Below, in pieces: positions 52,780 through 64,000 of a stretch of DNA of 64,000 nt. Positions within the stretch are counted from its first letter, which is position 1. Every line of letters begins with the position of its first letter. A program made the position numbers and the translations under genes. Under the pieces are notes generated by a model. The model worked only from the letters and a program-made list of their open reading frames with translations, ran no database searches and had not been told where the DNA came from. The stretch covers positions 110,484,001 to 110,548,000 of the forward strand of contig JBITNC010000001.1 in NCBI GenBank assembly GCA_050084985.1, in the 5' to 3' direction. The stretch is from Nageia nagi. Taxonomy: Eukaryota > Plantae > Pinophyta.

Positions 52780-53750
52780 TTTATGATCATTTGGGCATTC
52801 ATGGAATCAAAGAATCCATCAAGTACATCCATTGGGTAAAAAGTTTAGAAGTCAAGTTGAAAATACAAGATGATTTGGCTACCCTAACAAAAGCACATTT
52901 GGAGAGATTGGAGAAAATGGGACTAATAAATATGGATTTGATGCCATTTATTAACATAATTGGAGTTATAAAATTGATTAATAACCATTTTTATGAGGGA
53001 TAACTATGGTTAGATTAACCCTACCACATCAACAATAAAACCATCGAGTAAATCCTAAGGTTAAAAGTAGAAGGTGATTACCCCAACCCTATCACCAAGG
53101 CTAATATGCTATCTTATGTACCTATTTTAGAAAATATTTAGACAAATCTCAAAAATAAATCTTTAAATATTGAGCTCATCCCAAAGTTTCATAAATTCAG
53201 CTTATAGATTAGCCATATGACTAGTTTCTCAAAGTTTTTACTATAAAAATATCATGTCCTATTCTATAGTTGTGGTAATAAATCTAGGTTACAATATCAT
53301 TCAAAGAGTATTAAAGTATGCCATAGTTGGTATATACCTATGAAAACTCAATACAAATAATGACAAGATAAAAAGGGGTAGCTATAATATTTTTTGATAT
53401 GGTTCTTTCCTTATATATGCTGCAATGTTCTTCATTATGTTGCTTCCCATGATAAATGAAAAATATGAGAAAGATGCCTAAAATCCTTTCATACAATAAT
53501 AAATGGTGCTATATACCTAGCAACATAAATTTTCCCCTTATGATGAATCTATTTTTCTATTAAAAAAAAAAGCCAATAAAGGATACTTAAGCCTAGTGGT
53601 CTTTGATTTTCTAAAAATATCTCCTTTTTAAAAATCATTTTCCTCCAAGATCAATCTTTTATTGAAAGTTGTACCTATAATTTTATCCTAATGAGAATGT
53701 ATCCTTACATACTTATTTATGAATACATCACCAAAAGAGTTGAGCTAGCT
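52780..53750 (+). pseudogene. Heavily decayed ORF resembling accessory ORFs of large gymnosperm LTR retrotransposons
   Basis: Residual frame ..KLINNHFYEG*LWLD*PYHINNKTI..ILRL..EGDYP; resemblance is from memory only. Confidence 0.35.
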
Positions 53751-56700
53751 AAAAATATCCTCCTAACATGCTCAAAATACTAAATCATCTACCTCTTATA
53801 ATCCTCCATTTAACACCCATTAGACACAATAGTGAACCAATTGGATGCAACTACCTATAACTATAGAAACTTAACTAACATATTCATACACAAATAAAAA
53901 TAAATGAGGTGCTATTTCTTAAAAGAGAAAGACCCCTGTACAAATTATACATAATAATAGTATTATAAATACAAATGAAGGAATAACATAGATGGGGGTA
54001 TAACTATCAGATATCCATGTTACAAAAGTAATAGAACAAAAATACCCTACTATTAATTCCTCTAAGGCTATCCTCCAAATATCTTAGATCAAATAAATAC
54101 AACACACTATGAGAATGGTGATTGCATCATTAATAAGTCCTCAAGTCACAATGGTGACTACATCATTAATAGCTCCTTAGGTCATAATGAATATTGTACC
54201 ATCAGTAGAAGTTTAAGTCTTAATGATGAATGTACCCAATATTCCTATAACTATAAATAAAATTGGTTTCTAATCCTCTTATATTCAAATTATCAAATCA
54301 TAAAAGAATAAGAAAAAGGAGTCTCAGGTTGAATAACTCTTTGTTATGTTGATCTTAGTCTCAAGTACTTTAACCTTGTGATCTATAAAAAGGTATATCC
54401 ATACCTATAAGTTCTCATCCCAAGTCATCTAATTCATTTATCCCTTTTTATTTTAAAACATATTTTTTCTTTATGATCCAACCCCACCATTTTTGCAACC
54501 AATATATCATATGGTATCCATATAAAAATAATAGCCTTGCCCTTCATCACACCTTCAATTGATTCTATAGTTGCTATTGTTAAAATTCCCATAGAAGCCC
54601 TCCACATGTTAGTCCAAATATTTTAAAATGACCATCTGATTTATCCATGCACATACATTGAAAATCACTAATATCCAAGGATATCAAACTTCAAAATATA
54701 CTCATATCCAACATAGTGAAAAAGTAGTCAACCCCTCTCACCAATATCAGTATTGGATAATCACCTATTATTAATCTAAGATATTCTCACCATACATAAA
54801 TATATCAACTACATCCTTCAAGAATACTTTATTACCCAAGAAAACTTATTTTACTAACATAGAACCAAATTCATCAATTTTATAAAACTCCTCAAGGAGC
54901 AAGTGAAAGATTTTTTATTGGATCCCTCTATCTACATTAGTGAAAGCCTTCACAAACTAGTTAGGCATATATTGAATACACCCAAGATCCCACCTATTGA
55001 TCCCAATCTATTAACTACCATCACCTAACAACTCTCAAACTTGGTGGTTGATCCAAACCAATCCATCATAACCACATTAGAAGTGGCTTTTCAAGATTTG
55101 TTGAAGGATACACATGACTTGGAGTAGAAAGATTGCATATTTTGCTAGGACTATGAAAAGTACACAACTTGACTAGACATCATTAAGGTAAAAGTCATAA
55201 CATAAATACCACACTAGAAGCTAACATACTAGGACATGAAATCCATAATTGAAGGAAATTCTTCTTCAACTGAGATATAGAGAATTGAAGCTAAAATTAT
55301 TAAAAATGATATTGATGTGGTATTATTGCATCAATAATTGACCCAAATATAGAACTATGCAAACCAATTTTAAGTAGTGAATATAGAACTTTGCAACTTA
55401 TTTTCCACTAAAAAGAGTCTTTAGAATATATTTGGTACTACATTTCATCAAATCATCCAGATTTACTTAACATATATGGTCAACTTAGCTGATATAGAAT
55501 AAGGCATCAACAATTAATACAATAAATATATAACAGTTCATTTTTCACAAGGATATATGTAGATGGAATTCTTTTACTAATGACTTAATTAGTAATTGAC
55601 TATTTGACTCTAACAATGATAAGAAAATTCTACTATGTACAAATCCATTCCATTGGTACCAATAAAACTAGTTCAATATCAACTCCATCCTACATCCATG
55701 AAATCTACCACAAACAAGGGAAAGGATCACAAGCCTATAGTAGTAGGAGAGAATTATTTTGTAACTTGGTGAAAGATAACAAAAATGAATTAAAGGCTTC
55801 ATCATTATATTCATGAGAATAATTCCTTTTGACAATGAATGACTATCCTTTAGCGATGATGATGTTTCTACTTACCAAAAATTACCTACCTCTTAAAGTG
55901 AAGAATAAAAAGATGAAATAATATGAATGAAGAGGAAAGAACAAATATAATAAAAACATCATCTAAGTAATTGTTATCTGGAAGTGAAAAAAAAGAGATC
56001 ATAATAAAAAGTTAAATAAAGAAGAAATAATGGTAATGGAAATTAAAAAACATCAAAATGGTATAAAAAGAGAACACCAAACTCATAGAAAGATAGGAGG
56101 CAAACTTCTTCAAATCACTAGTGAAAATAATAATTCATCACATAAGATCAATAATTACTCATTAATCAACCAAATATTCAATTCTATTGTGAAAGATATG
56201 ATACATATCATAATTTTATAAATATTTTTCCCTATTTAGAAAATAGCTATCAAAATCTCATCTCATCACCATACCTAATATAGAGTATTGTTGTTCAAGC
56301 AAAATATAAGTATAAATATGCTAGGGTTGGAAAATGAAAGTAAATAGATAAGAATTAAATTTTTTTGTGTCAATAGCTTTTACATATAATATTCTAGGCT
56401 AGTATAATTCTAGATAATTGAGTTCATTTTCTTAACATGGCCTTATGGACCACCATGGATTTAGTTAGATTGTATTCCTAACTAGAACTCCTAAAATACA
56501 TCAATGTATACATGGAAATCCTTAGAGATATATTGATTTATAATATAATGGGTAATAAAATAATTACCAATAAGACAATTGGTTATGACTTCAGCTAGTG
56601 ATTCATTAAAAATTATCGTCCTAATTTTAGGAACTACTTATCACTCTGGTTTTGGTGAATCCAACATAGAATGGGTAGAATATTAACTAAGGGAAGTAAT

Positions 56701-57662
56701 AAAATCTCCAAAAAACTAAGTAAAATACTACCAAATAAGAAGAGATACCATGTGATCACTCCTAATAATATGATTCCTTGTACTAGTTCATCACTAGATA
56801 TAAAAAAGATTCTCAAACTACCAAATGATATCTAGGGAAAAATTATTAAAATATTATTTAAGATCAAATATTCCTATGCCTAGGAACTCAAAATGCAAGG
56901 AAAAGAATTATTCATTGAAGTTAATATTCAATAAATATTTTTAGAGGGGTAATCAGAACTAAGCATGATCTATAAACTTTTTCTACTCTGGCCTTAGTGA
57001 ACCCCCAATATCATCCTTGATTGTGCAACACATTATTGGTTCTGAAGCACATTTATGTTTATGCCCCTACAATTCTTGGTTCAATCACATAGTAAAGTGG
57101 ATCATTTATAATACAATAACCATTTTGTACAAACCCATGACCCAATTCCTACATTACCTACTTAGAGAAGAAAATTTTGTTAATGAAGAAGTTTTAACTT
57201 GGTATCGAGGATTCAAAGATGAAATAGAGAAAGAGTCATCATTGAATATAGAAGGAGGCAAATTATTGTCAATGGTCAATGATATTGAATAGGATTAAGG
57301 GTGAGCCTACATCTAAGTTAAGAAGGATGTTATCAAGAGAGAATTAAAAACTAAATCTTACCAACTTAGAAACATAAGGATATTTTCTACATAATAATTG
57401 AATAAACAAGATGTTAACAACAAAACTTAAAAATAATGAGCTGTTAGAGATAGTTATGGTGGAATAGAATTAAAATAATTTTTAAAAAATAAATGACATA
57501 TATTTAGCTCTAAATAAACAAGTACAATAAGAAGAAGAAGAATAAGAGGGAGAATAAGGAGAAAGTGAAAGAGCATAAAAAGAAATATGGATATAGGATT
57601 GTAATAGAATATACATCTATCACCATATTTTGGCCTTTTATTGAATTATCATATTAATACAA

Positions 57663-58316
57663 GGGAAAATATCCAAAATACCCCTATAAGTTCACATAAT
57701 ATAAAACATACTCCCACTTTTTTAAAAAAATATAAAAAATAACCCTAGAAATAAAAATAAAGAAAAAAATACACAAATAGATATGGAATAAGAAAAATTC
57801 TATGAAGTTAAATTACAAGGGTATTTTTGATATTACACAAAATTATGAGGGTATTTTTGATATTACACAAAATTATGAGGGTATTTTTATATTATCCTTC
57901 CAAATGAAAAATAATTAAACTACTTTAAAAAATACCCTTGCAAATACAATTTATAAATATACCCTTTTAAAATACAATTTGTAAACATTATGTGAAATTA
58001 TTAAATTTACAAAATAATTTATTAAACTATAAGTGTATTTTACAAATTATGTACATGAAAATATATTAAATATTTTGTTATATTTTATTTTTATTAATTT
58101 AAATTAGATATATTTATATTTTATTAATAGTTCATATATATTATATATACATAAACTATATTATTTGTAATTTACTATTTGTGTTCCTATTCCATATTTA
58201 TTTGTGTATTTGTTTTCTTTTAATTTTTATCTCCATGGGTAGTTTTGATATTTGAAAAAAAGTAGGGATATTTTTGAAATTCTGTGAAATTATAGGAGTA
58301 TTTTAGATATTTTTCC
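57663..58316. mobile_element. Mutator-like MITE with ~135-bp TIRs
   Basis: Ends GGGAAAATATCCAAAATACCCCTATAA... and ...TTATAGGAGTATTTTAGATATTTTTCC. 9-bp TSD TTAATACAA/TTAATATAA. Internal 31-bp tandem repeat at 57818-57890. Confidence 0.88.
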
Positions 58317-58580
58317 TTAATATAAATACCCTCTTACTTTAATTTTATTATGTTACTTATTGTTTATTATTTTCATTTCAAGTATTCTAATTATTATTTC
58401 AATCATTGAAAATTATCTTCTCATTTGTGGGTAAGAACCATAATAATTGGTGTAAGTTAAGTCATAGAATACCAATCAATAGTTCCATTTAACCAAAAAT
58501 AACTACTTTACATCTTGTTTCTTATGTTGATCTAAAGGAGTAGAAATTGGCTTTACCCTACACCAAGCATGCAGAGTGAT

Positions 58581-61500
58581 TATAGACACCTAAAAATGAT
58601 TTATTATTTTTTAATAAATCATATTTAGACTTTCTAAATGACTTATTGCAATATGACAAATGTCAAGATAAAGTTGATATTACAATGCAATACCATGTGT
58701 TATATTAAATGTTATATTATTTACCATGGTTCATATTTAAAGTATCTTGAATATCAAAATAATTATATTATTGCTAAAGGTCAGCCTTCACTCATCTCTA
58801 TATCTTTGCAAGCTATATATGCAAGTGGAATAGGTTGATCTCCATAGATAAGAACTCTTTGATATGAGAAGATCTTTGATAGGTGGTTATCTCCCATAAT
58901 TTGTACCAAGTAATGATGTCTCTATATGCCACCTATTATGAGAAATTATTATACTTTGAGCTTTGAAACTTTCTCCATAATTCATCATATGTAATATTGT
59001 TAACAATGTTCTTCTCCAAGGCTATTAACGACATGCATATTGAGGATCAAGAATTTCAAATTTTGATAGCAAAGGTTGTTGATCTATGTATATGAAGATC
59101 CATTGCAAGCTAACCTCCAATCCAATACTAAACCACTAAAGATCCATTGATATTTTCTTTTGAGGATTGCATATACACTTCATATCATGTGCATACTTTT
59201 TATTTATATTTGTTGTATCTGATATAGTATACACATCTAGCTCTTCTTATATTATAGATAATTTTATTTATTATGTATATTCATATTTTACATAATTTAG
59301 GGTCTACATTTTAATGAGCCTTGACTGATCCTACATATCCTAGAATTTTGATTTTAGGGCATCAATTTGTTTAGGAGTATTGTATTAGAAATCCTTGGTT
59401 TTGTTTTCTTTTTGGTTGAGTCAATTTTCTCCAAATTTAGAAAAATTGTATTGCTTTGAATTTTTTTTTTGAAAAATGTCAATGTAGAAAATATGAGTTT
59501 TTGGAGGTCATTTTGTTTAATTCAGTGGGACATACTATTAGAAAAATTTATCCAAACCATAGATAAATATAATTGGGAATTTTTTTTTATTTTTCTAGGT
59601 CTAGATTTGCAGATTTTGATCAATTTTGAGAAATGTTTTGCACAAAACTTCACATTGAAAAATCATAAATTTTGAAACTATTTTATAACTATTTGGTGAC
59701 TTGTTTTAAGATAAAACTTGCCCAAATCATAGGTCATCATAGTAGAAAACTTTTTGAGATTAATTTAGATTTATTGCATGCATTTTTATCAAGATCTCTA
59801 AAGATTTTCAAATGAAATATTTTTCCATAAAAAATTAATTTTTGAAGGTTATTTTCTTGAATTTTGAAAGTTACAGCATCTTAAAACTTATCCCACATCA
59901 TATATATACATGCTAGCAATTTATTTTTAATCTTACATAGTATAAAAGTGCTTATTTTATCATATATATTAAAGTTTTGTGAAAAATAATAAATGTTGCA
60001 TTTTAGCATGGATACTACAACTACAAGTGGTTTCCTTGAATATTTGAATGTGATAAGTGATTTATTTACACCTTCTTCTAAATAAAAAAATACCTAAGGA
60101 TATGGATGTTGTGTAAAGTAACAATAACAAACAATATTTGATGAAATGAATTTATCAAATTCATGCTTAACTAATGCAAATAATGATGATGTGAAACAAA
60201 TTGTATTAATCATATAAAATCAAAAGAATAATAATGATACTAATAGTGATGATGATGATTTTTTTTGATATAGATTTTGAACTATATATATATATGATGT
60301 TATAGATAAGTATTAAGTGTATGATATTACATTTGAAAATCTATCATCTCAAGATCAACTCAAGAAAATTAAAAAGCAAATGTTAGCCAATCTTGCTTTG
60401 ATATTAGGCATTTATATTGATCTTGATTTAAAGCAAAAATATCAAGCATTTCTAAGGAAATAACTAGAGACATTATTAGAAGATCCATATGTAAGGAAAT
60501 AGTGTATGCAACAATTTAGAAAAGATGAAATACAAAAGCAACAATATAGTCCTAACCTTAACCTAAATCATAACCTAAACTTCAAATTCAAACTAACCTC
60601 AAAAATTAAATCAGAAATAATATTGTTAACAACATGCATCTCTTATAAATTCATTTCAAATTATGTATGCTAGATATCCTTGAATATCTATTTGAAAATA
60701 CCATTATTTCACAAATATCAATTGTATTTGGAATACTGAATAAAATTCCAAAAGACATGGTTACAAAATTCTATAAAAATTAAAGCTATTTACTTTAAAA
60801 ATCAATAAATTCAATTAATTAAATAAGATTAAATGTGCTAAATTGATAAGTAAGGCCAATGTATACTTGAATATTGGGTACTTTTTTATGGAATTTAAAT
60901 GGAATTATCTCAATTATGGATAAAAATTCAATGTTATGCTAATGAATACTTTTAAGACCATTGTCATTCCATGAGTAAAATCTCTCACAAATTTTAGGTT
61001 ATTCCAAGCTTGAGGTATCAAAGGACCTTATCAGCTTGATAATCATGGTTCAATAAAATTATTTCTTAATGACCATAGCAATATAATGGATATTATATTT
61101 ATTTTATCCTCACTATTTAAATTGATTATTATTTCATAAGATATGATCTATGTGGGTATTATGTTGGATTGTTCTCAAAAGCATATCATTTGAAAGACTA
61201 GGACTTGAATAGAGGTACTCTCCTCATACAAGGATTTCAATTTTTGGTTTGACTGCCTAAAAAAGCTAGAGCAAGGAGAAATATAAGACCAAAAGTAGGA
61301 AGAAGACATATCATACTTGGAATATCGATTGAAAAAAGGAAGTTCACTTTACTATTAAAAATTTTATTTTGCAAAATGTAGATGCCTAAAAATGATTTAT
61401 TATTTATTTAATAAATCTTATTTAGACTTTCTAATTGAATTATTACAATATAACAAATATTAGGATAAAGTTAAAATTATAATGCAATATTGTGTGTTAT

Positions 61501-61908
61501 ATTAAATGCTATATTATTTACCATGGTTTATATTTTAAAGTATCTTTAATACAATATTGATTATATTATTGGTAGAGGTCGATCTTCACTCCTCTCTATA
61601 TTGTTGCAGGCTATATATGCAAGTGGAATAGGTTTACCTCTTGATGATTAAGGGTTTTATATTTTGATGGAAAATGTTGTTGATCTATGCATACAAAGAT
61701 CCATTGCAAGATCACCTTCAACCCAATCTTAATCCTTTGAAGATCAATTAAAATTTACATTTGAGGATTGCACATACACTTAATATTAGATACATGTTTT
61801 TCATGTATATTTTTTGTATCTAATATAGAGTAAATATATACCTCTTATTATACCATGGATCATTTATTTATTATGTATATTTGTATTTTACATAATTTAG
61901 GGTCTATA
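58581..61908 (+). mobile_element. Non-autonomous or internally deleted LTR retrotransposon (LTRs 58581-59308 and 61377-61908)
   Basis: Direct repeats T[AG]TAGA.[AG]CCTAAAAATGATTTATT...AATTTAGGGTCTA[CT]A. TSD GTGAT/ATGAT. Possible decayed tRNA-Arg PBS (taatgagcc) after the 5' LTR. No pol motifs inside. Confidence 0.8.
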
Positions 61909-62852
61909 ATGATCACTAAATGATCACCCATTTATATCTTTCACTTCACATTTGGGAGGCTATCCTCACTAGTGGTCCTCACATCTTTATCCCATTTTTT
62001 AAATCATATTTATTCATTCCTTTTACCATCATAAAAGCTAGCCTAAGGGGTTACATCTTCTATATTGTTCAAATCCTTGATAGGAGTTTCACCACAATCC
62101 TGATTCAATACCATTTTTTGCTATGAGGCCTTATCAACTAGTCTAGATTCCTTTACATGAGATGTTACATCCTCATTCACCTTGCAATTTAGGTTATATT
62201 TTAGAATAACCAAGGAATAAACTTTATCTTGTTCATCATATTCAAAATTCAACTCTTTTAGGGTCTCCTTAGCAATCTCATTTAACTAATTCTTTATGAT
62301 TATCAATTTAAGTATGATGTGCCTACCATTGAATTTTTGTATAGCTCCCTCTCTAGGGGTTTTACCTACATACAAGAGTTTCTTTTTTAAATAATTTAAT
62401 ATTCCATATCTCATACATTTTTTGTTTGATTCCCACCAATGCCTACTCATTATTTTTCACCTAACTTCTTAAGTTCTATTGTAGGTATGTTGTTGAGCTA
62501 TTAATAGTAAAATATCTAATCTTGGATTGATGTAGATACAAATTTATACTCTTGCATGGGAACCCATACATATTTGATTATTTTTGGGCTCTCCATTTAT
62601 GTTTTATATACTTTTTCTAAATAGAGTTGTAATTTGTCTACCTTCTCTAAGTGGACTCTTTAATCTATCAAATCCCATGGAGTCTAAAATACATAATTTT
62701 ATCTATGTATACATAGAAAATTCATTTTCAATTTTATTAATTCTTTTATTGTAATTTTATGCTATAATTTTAGCTTTAATAGAAAAGCTTTCCTGATTTG
62801 CTTTGCAATTCTCTGTGTCTATCTAGTGTGTTTTCCATTTTAAGCTCATATA

Positions 62853-64000
62853 TGTTAGGTCCCTATACTACTCATGTAGCCCATATATTGTTAGTATGTG
62901 TCCCATAGAAACCACTATGGTTATTGTTATTCCCTTACATTATTATTATTATGTTAGCTAGACATTATTATTGTTATGTTGGCTAGTGTCCTTTCATTAT
63001 AGTGGCACCCCTTGGACTCCTATATATACTAAGGAGGTATTATCATTTGTATGGTCTATTGTTGTGTAATTGAGGTGATGTAAAGGAGGTTGCCCCCTCG
63101 AAGTGGCTTATTACAAAGGAGTTTTCCCCCTTGAAGTGTCTTATTATAGATTTTATCTCTTATTCAACATGTTGAACTCTTTCTCTCATGATTTTATGCT
63201 ATTTTGGGAACTTTGTTAATAACATTTGGTATCAGAGCAAATGATTCTACGGTTTCATAGCTCAAAACTAGTCATCGTGGAATTCTCACTACCAATTTTT
63301 TTTCACAAGGTTTTAGATTCTAAATTTTATTTGGTTTTTAGAAGACATACCAAATACATGTTATTTCAAATTTAAGCTCCTAATTCACTATATTTTTTAA
63401 GTTACACTCAAGGGAATTTAAGGTTTGTGACTAGTCTCAAAAGCAGGTCTGAAATAGGTGTTCTAACTAAAAAGTGTATATATAAAGTTTTACAACTCCA
63501 AACTAGGTTAAACCTATTGTATTGGTTAGGGTATACATTGATTTTTTTTTTTACAATTTATAAGGTCTAATAATAAACAAGCGACATGTAGCACTTTATA
63601 CAAGTTCATGCTTCTGAAAAATCCAAAAATCAACACATTTTGGAAAAGTTGTAGCCATTTCCTCTTGGAATATCAGAATTTGACAAAATCTATGGCATTG
63701 AAAAGAAGACATCTGAGCTACCAAAAGTAGAAATTTCAAACTCTAAAGGGTCAAAATTTTAGATTTACATTAGTTGGAAGGTCAAACAACAGAACAATCT
63801 CCAAATCTATTTGAACCAACATCCTTAGAGATGGTTTTTAGGATGGCAAGGAAGGTTGAAAGTAAAAATATGGAAATAGCTAAAGATTCCATATGAGAAG
63901 ATGAGAATTTTATATAGAATCATCCATAAATACTCAAACATTGTAGCCCATATATTGTTATTATGTGTCCCATAGAAGCCACTATGGTTATTGTTATTCC
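62853..64000 (+). mobile_element. Short LTR element (TRIM-like or deletion derivative); runs off the window
   Basis: LTR TGTTA...TAACA 62853-63224 and perfect PBS-Met TGGTATCAGAGC 63227-63238. A second LTR copy resumes at 63942, matching 62875 onward, after ~700 bp of non-coding sequence. Confidence 0.82.

Noticed and set aside
62000-62850. Possible minus-strand gag remnant (..RHWWE..)
   Set aside because: Too decayed to support a call.

Overview
AT-rich, CpG-depleted plant nuclear DNA. A gymnosperm (conifer-like) source is inferred from the TE families and PPR motif style. About 90% is decayed, nested transposon and pseudogene sequence. There is one apparently host gene: a two-exon Dof zinc-finger transcription factor (38240-40333, +). 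It has a CpG-rich promoter and a 1-bp frameshift in a G-run inside the Dof domain, which may be an assembly error. In order, the TE content is: a CRM-like Ty3/gypsy element (1141-7156) inserted into a plant-mobile-domain (PMD) pseudogene; a solo LTR; a ~9.6 kb CACTA-type element (~11450-21050); a PPR-derived 228-bp tandem array interrupted by a Tekay-like chromovirus (23409-33684) and a MITE; a Ty1/copia fragment; further PPR relics; a MULE-type MITE; and two non-autonomous LTR elements. The main discovery is not in the ORF track. The CACTA element carries a decayed but clearly recognisable SET (lysine methyltransferase) domain at ~15510-15945. It lies on the transposase strand, between a transposase-associated Cys motif and the Tnp2 core, so it is a probable SET-transposase fusion. 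The whole coding core is bracketed by inverted telomere-like (TTAGGG)n / (CCCTAA)n arrays, and a TnpA-like spliced relic lies divergently on the other strand. All translations were done by eye; no database searches were run.
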